In this document: piece after piece, positions 56,332-64,000 of the stretch
Layout: the number at the start of each line of letters is the position of its first letter
How positions within the stretch are numbered: the stretch's first letter is position 1
Assembly: GCA_047602905.1 (NCBI GenBank)
Contig: JBLKOP010000005.1
Location: forward strand, 1,241 to 65,240
DNA: 64,000 nt
Source: Candidatus Woesearchaeota archaeon
GTDB taxonomy: Archaea > Nanobdellota > Nanobdellia > Woesearchaeales > SKIA01
Direction of reading: 5' to 3'
Position numbers and translations under genes: made by a program
The notes under the pieces: model-generated
Told to the model about the DNA's origin: nothing
The model's input: only the letters and a program-made list of their open reading frames with translations
Databases searched by the model: none

Positions 56332-56379
56332 ACACTATATATAGTGTCTTAGTACATAACAACGTACTGTATGTTGTGT
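56332..56379. promoter_or_regulatory. tandem NrdR-box-like operator upstream of nrdA
   Basis: Box 1, ACACTATATATAGTGT (56332-56347), is a perfect 16-bp palindrome matching the bacterial NrdR-box pattern acaCwAnATnTwGtgt. Box 2, GTACTGTATGTTGTGT (56364-56379), has a full right half-site. Centre-to-centre spacing is 32 bp, as in bacterial tandem boxes. Confidence 0.55.
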
Positions 56380-56433
56380 TTATTATGTTTGAGAATATAA
56401 ACACTTATAACACAAACCAACAACACTACCTGT

Positions 56434-59259
56434 ATGGATGATTTACTCGTAACAAAAAGAAATGGAAAAATAGTTCCGTACGATAAGCAACGAATTCACA
56501 ACGCACTACAACACGCGTTTCGCGCAAAACAAGAAACGATACGCAAAGAAGAACTAGAAGAACTCACCCAAGCAATACACGAAGAAATACACGCTCGCTT
56601 CAAAGAATTCTACCCAAACGTAGAAAACATCCAAGACATCGTAGAAAAACACCTCATGAGAAACGAACACTACGAAGTAGCCAAACAATACATCCTCTAC
56701 CGAGAACAACGAACCAAAGAACGATCAGCCAAGCAAGACGAAGCAATAAAAAAAAGCTACTTAGGAAAACTCACCGTAACCAAAAGAAACGGAGAAAAAA
56801 CCCTCATTAACATGAAAAAACTCCAAGACACGCTACGACGAGCAACCAAAGGATACACCGTACCCGAAGAAGACATCATCGCCATCTGCGAGCAAACAGT
56901 AAAGAACCTATACGAAGGAGTACCCACAACAGAAATAGAAGAAGCACTCATCCTCACAACCACCTCGCGCATAGAACAAGATTCTTGCTACAACGTAATA
57001 GCACAACGACTCCTAAGCCAAAAAATCTACAAAGAACTCATGCAAGAAAGCGTTACTGATGAAGCGTTTGAAAAAAAATACCAAGAAACCTTTGTGCGCG
57101 TACAAGAAGAAGCGCACAAGAAAGGAATACTTGATGAGCGCATGAAAGAATACGACGTAGAAGAACTCGCAAAGTACTTACGCGTAGAACGAGACGACTT
57201 GCTAGAATACATGGCACTACGAACACTACACGAGCGCTACTTCATACACACACTAGAAGGAGACTCTATAGAGCTGCCACAAATCTTTTGGATGCGCGTA
57301 GCGATGGGACTAGCCTTAGCAGAAGAAACCCCAGAAGAACGCCACGAGCAAGCAAAGAAGTTCTACGACATCCTCAGCGTCATGAGATACACACCAAGCA
57401 CCCCAACGCTCTTTCACGCAGGACTAAAGAAAGCGCAGCTAAGCAGCTGCTACCTAACAACAACTCAAGACGACCTAAACGATATCTTCAAACAATACAG
57501 CGACCACGCACAACTCAGCAAGTGGAGCGGAGGAATAGGCCATGACTGGACGAATATTCGCGCAACAGGAGCAATGATAAAAAGTACTCGCGTAGAAAGC
57601 CAAGGAGTAATTCCGTTTCTAAAAATCGCAAACGACGTAACAGCAGCGATTAATCGCAGCGGAAAACGACGAGGAGCGACTTGCGCGTACCTAGAAACCT
57701 GGCACTTAGACATAGAAGACTTCGTTGATCTGCGAAGAAACACCGGGGATGAGCGCAGACGAACTCACGACATGAATACCGCAAACTGGATTCCTGACTT
57801 GTTTATGAAACGAGTAGATAACGATGAGAACTGGACGTTATTTAGTCCTGAAGAAGTACCCGAACTACACAGCCTTTACGGGCGAGCGTTTGAGAAGAAG
57901 TACGAGGAGTACGAGAAGAAAGCACAAGAAGGAAAGCTTGCTAAGCACAAAGTAGTACAAGCAAAAGATTTGTACAGACGAATGCTCTCGCGACTCTTTG
58001 AAACAGGCCATCCGTGGTTTACGTTTAAAGACCCCTGCAACATCAGAAGCCCCCAAGACCACGCAGGAGTTATTCACTCAAGTAATTTATGCACAGAAAT
58101 TACTCTGAACACAAGCAAAGAAGAAACTGCTGTTTGTAACTTAGGAAGCATTAATCTGAGCCGACACGTACTTGATGGAAGTATTAACTACGAGTTACTT
58201 CAGCACACAATTCACGTGGCTGTACGCATGCTTGACAACGTCATTGACCTCTGCTACTACCCAACTACAGAAGCAAAAACTAGTAATTTACGCCACCGAC
58301 CAATAGGTTTGGGAATTATGGGTTTTCAAGACTTGCTCTTTAAGCTAAAAGTACCTTTTGACAGCCAAGAAGCGCTCACTTTATCAAGCAAAACCCAGGA
58401 GTTCATCGCGTACCACGCAATTCTTGGCAGCAGTAAGTTAGCACGAGAAAAAGAGACGTACTCTTCGTACGAAGGAAGTAAGTGGAGTCGAGGAATCCTT
58501 CCTCAAGACACCGTAGCGCTCTTAGAGCAAGAACGAGGACTGCCTATAGAAGTGCACCCTAACGAAACCCTTGATTGGAGTGTTGTGCGCAAGCACGTAG
58601 AAGAGTACGGAATGAGAAACAGTAATACCATGGCAATAGCTCCCACAGCAAGTATTAGCACGATTAACGCTTGTCTTCCTAGTATGGAGCCTATTTACAA
58701 GAACATTTATGTGAAGAGTAACATGACAGGGGAGTTTACGATTATTAATCGTTTCTTAGTTGCTGATCTAAAGAAGCATCATATGTGGAACCAAGAAGTT
58801 CTTGACCAACTAAAATTCTATGATGGTAACGTCTCTATGATAGCAGGTGTTCCTGAAGAACTAAAAGTGTTGTATAAAGAAGCGTTTCAGATAGATCCTC
58901 GCTGGGCACTAAAGATGAGTGCGTACCGACAAGTATGGATGGACCAAGCAGTTAGTCATAACGTGTTTATGAGCGGGAGTAGTGGTAAGTTACTCTCAGA
59001 CATTTACATGACTGCGTGGAAGTTAGGACTAAAAACCACGTACTACTTGCGCAGCTTAGCAAAGAGCCAGATAGAAAAAAGCACTCTTGACGCAAGTAAG
59101 TATGGCTTTACGCAAAAACGCGAGTTTGAGGTAGCTAAAGAAGACCTTCCTAAAGAATCAGCTTCTCAAGCGCACTCAGAAGTAACCGCCACCACGAGTA
59201 CTGGACAAGCAGTGAAGCTGTGTAAGATTGAAGACCCTGATTGCGAGGCGTGCCAATGA
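56434..59259 (+). CDS. nrdA: class Ia ribonucleotide reductase alpha subunit with two N-terminal ATP-cones
   Basis: ATP-cones LVTKRNGKIVPYDKQRI and LTVTKRNGEKTLINMKKL. Catalytic SNLCTEI, PTASIS and a C-terminal Cys pair CKIEDPDCEAC. Confidence 0.92.
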   Translation: MDDLLVTKRNGKIVPYDKQRIHNALQHAFRAKQETIRKEELEELTQAIHEEIHARFKEFYPNVENIQDIVEKHLMRNEHYEVAKQYILYREQRTKERSAKQDEAIKKSYLGKLTVTKRNGEKTLINMKKLQDTLRRATKGYTVPEEDIIAICEQTVKNLYEGVPTTEIEEALILTTTSRIEQDSCYNVIAQRLLSQKIYKELMQESVTDEAFEKKYQETFVRVQEEAHKKGILDERMKEYDVEELAKYLRVERDDLLEYMALRTLHERYFIHTLEGDSIELPQIFWMRVAMGLALAEETPEERHEQAKKFYDILSVMRYTPSTPTLFHAGLKKAQLSSCYLTTTQDDLNDIFKQYSDHAQLSKWSGGIGHDWTNIRATGAMIKSTRVESQGVIPFLKIANDVTAAINRSGKRRGATCAYLETWHLDIEDFVDLRRNTGDERRRTHDMNTANWIPDLFMKRVDNDENWTLFSPEEVPELHSLYGRAFEKKYEEYEKKAQEGKLAKHKVVQAKDLYRRMLSRLFETGHPWFTFKDPCNIRSPQDHAGVIHSSNLCTEITLNTSKEETAVCNLGSINLSRHVLDGSINYELLQHTIHVAVRMLDNVIDLCYYPTTEAKTSNLRHRPIGLGIMGFQDLLFKLKVPFDSQEALTLSSKTQEFIAYHAILGSSKLAREKETYSSYEGSKWSRGILPQDTVALLEQERGLPIEVHPNETLDWSVVRKHVEEYGMRNSNTMAIAPTASISTINACLPSMEPIYKNIYVKSNMTGEFTIINRFLVADLKKHHMWNQEVLDQLKFYDGNVSMIAGVPEELKVLYKEAFQIDPRWALKMSAYRQVWMDQAVSHNVFMSGSSGKLLSDIYMTAWKLGLKTTYYLRSLAKSQIEKSTLDASKYGFTQKREFEVAKEDLPKESASQAHSEVTATTSTGQAVKLCKIEDPDCEACQ

Positions 59260-60251
59260 CTATAATTAATAACAGCAAGACTGACCCGAACAAAATTCTT
59301 CCTATGAAGTACAAATGGGCTCGTGAACACTACAAAACAGGCATAGCAAATAATTGGTCTCCTGAAGAAATAACTATGCAAAACGATATTGAGCAGTGGA
59401 AGAGCGATAAGGTTCTTAGTGAGAAAGAGCGGCGCTTAATACTGTGGAACCTTGGTTTCTTTAGTACTGCTGAGAGCCTTACAGCAAACAACTTGGTGTT
59501 AGCTGTGTATAACCACGTCACTAACCCAGAGGCTAGACAGTACTTACTGCGACAAGCGTTTGAAGAGGCTATTCATACGGACACGTTTATTTATTGCTGT
59601 GATAGTCTTGGTCTTGATCCTGATGAGATATTTACTATGTACGAGACGATTCCTTCTATTAAGGAAAAAGATGATTTCGTAGTAAACCTTACTCAAAGCG
59701 TGTTTGATCCTACCTTTAAGACGGAGACTACTGAGGATATTCAGAAGTTCTTACACGACCTCGTAGGGTTTTATGTGATTATGGAAGGAATTTTCTTCTA
59801 TGCTGGCTTTGCGATGATGCTTGCTTTGCGCCGTCAAGGAAAAATGGTTGGTATTGGCGAGCAGTTCGAGTACATCATGCGTGACGAGTCTGTTCATCTT
59901 GCTTTTGGTTGTGACTTAATTAATACGATTAAAGAGGAGTTTCCTGATACGTGGACGCAAGAGTTTCAGGACGAGCTTGTTGAGTTGATTAAGCAGAGTG
60001 TTGAGTTAGAAAAAATTTATGCTAATGACGCGTGTCCTGAAGGGTTGCTTGGTATTAATGCTGAGCAGTTTAGTGAGTACGTAGAGTACATCGCTGATAG
60101 GCGTCTGCAACGTATTGGTCTTAAGAAGCAGTACGGAACAAAAAGTCCGTTTCCTTGGATGAGTCAGAGTACTGATTTGAATAAGGAGAAGAACTTCTTT
60201 GAGACTCGCGTGACTGAGTACCAGACAGCAAGTAATTTGGACTGGGATTAG
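59256..60251 (+). CDS. nrdB: class Ia ribonucleotide reductase beta subunit
   Basis: Di-iron ligand blocks FEEAIHTDTF and MRDESVHLAFG. C-terminal acidic tail NLDWD. The ATG overlaps the nrdA TGA (ATGA at 59256-59259). Confidence 0.9.
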   Translation: MTIINNSKTDPNKILPMKYKWAREHYKTGIANNWSPEEITMQNDIEQWKSDKVLSEKERRLILWNLGFFSTAESLTANNLVLAVYNHVTNPEARQYLLRQAFEEAIHTDTFIYCCDSLGLDPDEIFTMYETIPSIKEKDDFVVNLTQSVFDPTFKTETTEDIQKFLHDLVGFYVIMEGIFFYAGFAMMLALRRQGKMVGIGEQFEYIMRDESVHLAFGCDLINTIKEEFPDTWTQEFQDELVELIKQSVELEKIYANDACPEGLLGINAEQFSEYVEYIADRRLQRIGLKKQYGTKSPFPWMSQSTDLNKEKNFFETRVTEYQTASNLDWD

Positions 60252-60303
60252 TTGTGATACAAAATACTTTTTTTTTCTTTTCAACAAGATTTATATAGTT
60301 CTT

Positions 60304-60594
60304 TTGTTGAGTTACTGTATGAAAATAGATTCTTCTTCCATTTCTTCTTACGTGAATACTTTATGGACTCAGGTAACAAGTTTTTCTGAGCCTGCTGTTC
60401 GCAAATATCCTTGTGAGTACGTTGCAAACGTTGCTCGTGCTTTGGTGGGTGAAACGCCCAAACGCTATGTTCATAACCGTCTAACGGACAGTTATATTTA
60501 TCCTTTTCGTCAACTTCTTCCTAAAGGTGAACGAGACCGTATTTCTGGTTCGTACATCCCTCCTGCTCCTCCTCGAGAAGAGTCTTGCAAGTAA
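60304..60594 (+). CDS. hypothetical protein (96 aa)
   Basis: ORF only (TTG start; an ATG lies at 60319). No motif recognised. Confidence 0.3.
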   Translation: MLSYCMKIDSSSISSYVNTLWTQVTSFSEPAVRKYPCEYVANVARALVGETPKRYVHNRLTDSYIYPFRQLLPKGERDRISGSYIPPAPPREESCK

Positions 60595-60597
60595 TGT

Positions 60598-61164
60598 TTA
60601 TGGGTTCCAGTATGTTCCACGAAATAAATGTCTTGTTTTTCCTATTGTTCCTGTGTATACAATAACTTCTGTTTTTCCTTTAAGAGTGTTTTTTGCTTCT
60701 TGAAGACTGCTTATCCAGTGAGGAGGGGTTTTTTGTATGAGTTGTTTGTGAACGAGTAGTTGAGTAATTCCTGCTTGTTCTATTTCTTGTGCGCAGGGGT
60801 CGCAGGGAAACCATGGCATGACCATTAACGCACCAATTGTTGATGTAACGCCGTATGTTCTGTGAGCGTTTCGTATAGCAAGTATTTCTGCGTGATCAGT
60901 ATTCTCGTTCTTCCAATTCCTGTCTTGGATGTGTTCGTTTACGTAATCAATATCTTCTTGACTTAACAACGATATATCTCTTGAGAGTTGGTTTACTCCT
61001 TGCCCTAGTATTCCATTTTTTTCTATAAATGCTCCTACGTGTGTGTTTGGGTCTGTGCTGTAAGTTGCTATGCGGTACGCTTCTCGCAATAATACCTTGC
61101 TTTTCTCGTCTTGTACGTGCGTGTAGCCCTCGAGTAGTTTGTCAATCACGTAGTAAGGATACAC
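60598..61164 (-). CDS. dCMP/cytidine deaminase-family zinc enzyme
   Basis: HAEILAIRNA and PCDPCAQEI (H-A-E ... PCxxC). Confidence 0.85.
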   Translation of the reverse strand: MYPYYVIDKLLEGYTHVQDEKSKVLLREAYRIATYSTDPNTHVGAFIEKNGILGQGVNQLSRDISLLSQEDIDYVNEHIQDRNWKNENTDHAEILAIRNAHRTYGVTSTIGALMVMPWFPCDPCAQEIEQAGITQLLVHKQLIQKTPPHWISSLQEAKNTLKGKTEVIVYTGTIGKTRHLFRGTYWNP

Positions 61165-61239
61165 ACAGCATTTTTGTATGTTGTGGTTATTCTGTAGTGG
61201 TTACGCACGCATAAAAAGTGTTGTTTTCTGTGTGTATCT

Positions 61240-62733
61240 ATGCTTCAACTCTTCCTTGCTCTCTTACCGTTTATTCTTATCACGTACTTGCTTGTTGTTC
61301 GTAAAGTTGCTGCTAGTACGGTTATGTTGTGGGCGTTCTTAATTACTCTTTCTAGTTTGTTGTTTGTGTGGCGCCAGCCTTTTGTGGACGTTCTCTCCTC
61401 GAGTCTGAAAGGGTTTTTTATTACTATTGATTTGTTGCTTATCATTGCTGGTGTGCTTCTTATCTTTACGTTACTTAGTCGTACTAAGCACTTGGTTGCT
61501 TTGGAGAAGTTTTTTGTTTCTCTTAGTGATAAAGCGCCTGTTCACGTCGTTCTTATCGGCTTCTTTTTTGTGATGTTTCTTGAGGGCATCGCTGGTTTTG
61601 GCACTCCTGCTCTTATCGCTGCTCCTCTCTTAGTGCTTGTTGGTTTGCGTCCTCTCTCTGCTGTCGTATTAACGCTTGTTGCTGATAGCATGGCTGTGGT
61701 GTTTGGGGCTTTTGGTACTCCTGTGGTTGTTGGTCTTGCTGGTCTGCAAGCAAACCTTCTTGAAGTTTCTTTTCTAAGCGCTTTACTTGCTGGTAGCGTG
61801 TTGTTGTTCTTGCCTACGCTTATGTTGTTTTTATACGGCTTGTTAGAGCATAAATCGTTTGCTCAGCTGCGCCCGTTTCTTCGCTTAACTGTTGTGAGTG
61901 GGTTACTTACTGCTGGTTTGTTTGTTTTAAGTGCTTATATTTTTGGTAGCGAGTTACCTACTGTTCTTGCTAGTCTTGGCGGGCTAGTTATTGTTCTTGT
62001 GCTGCTACGAACTCCTCTTCTTGGTGTAAGAACTAATAGAGGTGTTTCTTCTCGTCAAGCTCTTCCTGCTATTCTTGCGTACCTTTCTGCTGTGTTCTTG
62101 CTGGTTTTTTCTCGTGCTGACGTGTTTGGTTTTGGCTCTTTGTTACAGTCTCTTAGTGTTTCTGTTTCTCTTACTAACGGAGTTTCTCACTCGTTTTCAG
62201 CGTACACTCCTGGCGTGTTGTTACTTCTTGCTTTTGTTTTGTGTCTCTTATTTATTCGTCCTTCGCAAAAACAAATACGAGGAGCTGTTTTTGATGCGTA
62301 CACAAAAGCTGCTCCTGTTCTGTTTACTTTAGCGGTTACGTTAATGTTTGCTCAGCTCATCATCTATAGTCCTAGTCCTTCTATTCCTAGTTTGCTTGCT
62401 GGCTTGTTTTCTGGAACCAACACGTATTACGTGTTTTTTGCTTCTCTTATCGGTGCTTTTGGGAGTTTCGTTGCTGGTAGCGCTACGGTTAGTAACTTAA
62501 TGCTTGCGAGTGTTCAGTTAGATGCTGCTGTGGTAAATTCTGTTTCTGAGTCGTTAGTTCTTGCTTTACAAACCGTTGGTGCGGGTGCTGGTAACATGGT
62601 TGCTATTCATAACGTGCTTGCTGTTTTGGCTGTTGTTCACGTGAAGGGAGGTGTTTCTTCTGTTATTCGCGTTACTGGCTTAGTTGCTATTGTTCTGTGC
62701 TTGTTTGTTAGCGTAGTTGCTTTTCTTCTTTAA
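61240..62733 (+). CDS. L-lactate permease (LctP family)
   Basis: FLEGIAGFGTPALIAAPLLVLVGL signature. ~13 hydrophobic segments, 497 aa. Confidence 0.8.
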   Translation: MLQLFLALLPFILITYLLVVRKVAASTVMLWAFLITLSSLLFVWRQPFVDVLSSSLKGFFITIDLLLIIAGVLLIFTLLSRTKHLVALEKFFVSLSDKAPVHVVLIGFFFVMFLEGIAGFGTPALIAAPLLVLVGLRPLSAVVLTLVADSMAVVFGAFGTPVVVGLAGLQANLLEVSFLSALLAGSVLLFLPTLMLFLYGLLEHKSFAQLRPFLRLTVVSGLLTAGLFVLSAYIFGSELPTVLASLGGLVIVLVLLRTPLLGVRTNRGVSSRQALPAILAYLSAVFLLVFSRADVFGFGSLLQSLSVSVSLTNGVSHSFSAYTPGVLLLLAFVLCLLFIRPSQKQIRGAVFDAYTKAAPVLFTLAVTLMFAQLIIYSPSPSIPSLLAGLFSGTNTYYVFFASLIGAFGSFVAGSATVSNLMLASVQLDAAVVNSVSESLVLALQTVGAGAGNMVAIHNVLAVLAVVHVKGGVSSVIRVTGLVAIVLCLFVSVVAFLL

Positions 62734-62752
62734 GTAATCTTTATTAAGAAGA

Positions 62753-63298
62753 GTGTTTTGTGTGTTGTATATGAGATACGCGTATTTGTTTGTACTTGTC
62801 TTTCTTGTTGGTTGTGTTGGTGTTTATGAAACGCACGAGGAGGCTGAGCACGCAGTTCACGATCCTCATATCCACGCGGTTTCTTCTGAGCAAGAGTTTC
62901 TTGTTGAGATGATTCCTCATCACCAAGAAGCAGTTGATACCTCACAAGTCATTGTTGACTCCTCTCAAAACCCTTCTTTAGTTGCTCTTGCGCAAGGTAT
63001 TATTGATGAGCAAGTCGCTGAGATTGCTTTTATGACTTCATTACTTGAGCGCTACGACGCAGAGCTTGTTTCTTCGTACAGGCCTATGATGGGTGACTTA
63101 TCTCTTCTTCGCGGTAACTCCTTGGATGTAGCGTACATTACAGGCATGATTGCTCATCACCAAGCAGCTATTGTTATGGCTCGTAGCGTTCTTGAACTAC
63201 GCCCTTCTGAGGAGGTGTTTGTTCTTGCAAACAATATTATTGAGTCACAAACAACAGAGGTTTTTTTGTTACGTGAATTTCTTAGTGAGTATGAGTAA
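62753..63298 (+). CDS. DUF305 four-helix-bundle (copper-associated) protein, lipobox-like N-terminus
   Basis: Duplicated MIPHHQEAV / MIAHHQAAIVMA motifs. N-terminal LVFLVGC. Likely start ATG 62771. Confidence 0.75.
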   Translation: MFCVLYMRYAYLFVLVFLVGCVGVYETHEEAEHAVHDPHIHAVSSEQEFLVEMIPHHQEAVDTSQVIVDSSQNPSLVALAQGIIDEQVAEIAFMTSLLERYDAELVSSYRPMMGDLSLLRGNSLDVAYITGMIAHHQAAIVMARSVLELRPSEEVFVLANNIIESQTTEVFLLREFLSEYE

Positions 63299-64000
63299 GT
63301 ATTTCTTGTAGAAGCATTCTTGTTTCTGAGTAACTATAGATGTTGTTATGTCCTGCTTGTTGTATGAGTGTTCGTTCTCCTCGCAAATCCTCACTTAGTG
63401 TTGCAGGTACTACTCGGTCTTTTTCTGCGTGAATAATCGTTGTTGGGGTGTTTGTTTCTTCAAGATACTTGTTTGTTGGGTACTCTTCTTTTATCAACCA
63501 AGAAACAGGGTATATCTTGTAGTGTTTCTTCGCTACTGCTTCTAAGCTACTAAACGGGTTTATGAGTATTAGCTGGTCTACTCTTGTTTGTGTGCTGTGA
63601 TACGCAGCTACTGCTGCTCCTAGGCTTTCTCCTAGTACTGTTACGCTAGTCGGCTCTTGTTTAGTAAGCCACTCTATAAGTTCATTTACTGCTTGGTACG
63701 TTCTTTCTTCACTTGGTTTTTGTGTATCTCCTGCGTATCCAGGATACTCTAGTATCACGAGTGTTTTGTTGCTGTACTCACGAAAATGCGCTCTGTTACA
63801 TGCTCTTCCTGCGTTTCCATGATACACTACGAGGTAGTCGCTACTAGTGCCGCTAACATACATACGAGTGTTTTTGTGCGTTACTTGTTCTTCGCTACTA
63901 AACGCTACGCAGTCAGTAAACGCCTCCTTTGAGGGGTGGTAGGTGAGGGTTGTTTGCGCAACGTACAGGTACGCTCCTAAGAACACGTATATGAGTATCG
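63282..64000 (-). CDS. alpha/beta-fold hydrolase, N-terminus probably beyond window
   Basis: Nucleophile elbow VLGESLGAAV, late GHNNIY. The frame stays open and hydrophobic (ILIYVFLGAYLYV) up to the window edge. Confidence 0.7.
   Translation of the reverse strand, partial: ILIYVFLGAYLYVAQTTLTYHPSKEAFTDCVAFSSEEQVTHKNTRMYVSGTSSDYLVVYHGNAGRACNRAHFREYSNKTLVILEYPGYAGDTQKPSEERTYQAVNELIEWLTKQEPTSVTVLGESLGAAVAAYHSTQTRVDQLILINPFSSLEAVAKKHYKIYPVSWLIKEEYPTNKYLEETNTPTTIIHAEKDRVVPATLSEDLRGERTLIQQAGHNNIYSYSETRMLLQEILTHTH

Noticed and set aside
1-64000. CRISPR arrays, rRNA genes, IS transposases
   Set aside because: By eye I found no short regularly spaced direct repeats in any intergenic region and no rRNA-like conserved blocks. 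No DDE or serine transposase motifs appear in any ORF. All intergenic gaps are under ~200 bp.

Overview
Gene-dense, moderately AT-rich archaeal chromosome segment with about 60 genes, many joined by ATGA or 1-nt overlaps and apparently leaderless. Archaeal identity rests on a complete A-type ATP synthase operon in the order atpHIKECFABD, Orc1/Cdc6, an archaellin-type class III signal peptide, archaeal-type uS15 and a TrmB regulator. The small proteins, sparse metabolism (lactate permease plus 2-hydroxyacid dehydrogenase) and a 13.1-kb surface-protein gene suggest a DPANN-like episymbiont, but that is inference.

Main blocks:
- 1-9 kb: DNA replication and repair cluster (UvrD-like helicase with HRDC, Orc1/Cdc6 coupled to a RecB-fold/RNase-H-fold nuclease, zinc-ribbon protein).
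- 10-25.4 kb: archaellin-like pilin, a degenerate recombinase-fold ORF, a 4368-aa secreted repeat protein and an SDR.
- 25.5-29 kb: photolyase, uS15, HD and HAD hydrolases.
- 29.2-37 kb: ATP synthase operon.
- 38.4-41 kb: OGFOD1-type 2OG oxygenase pair and a LOV histidine kinase.
- 42.3-50.4 kb: rearranged region with a duplicated methyltransferase 3' end, bacterial-type genes (DnaG-like primase, DUF1094 redoxin) and a LAGLIDADG gene flanked by 21-nt repeats of the tRNA-Lys 3' end.
- 51-64 kb: CopA, a DsbA-like protein, class Ia nrdAB preceded by NrdR-type boxes, dCMP deaminase, lactate permease and DUF305.

Most notable observations:
- the giant-gene unit and its 951/954-bp internal tandem duplications;
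- a mini-ORB-like 10-mer found three times at fixed promoter geometry;
- two independent 3'-end duplication (att-like) scars;
- a frameshifted GDSL hydrolase;
- a patchwork of opposite A/T strand skew.

No CRISPR array, rRNA, transposase or reverse transcriptase was seen. All homology calls are motif recognition by eye, not database searches.
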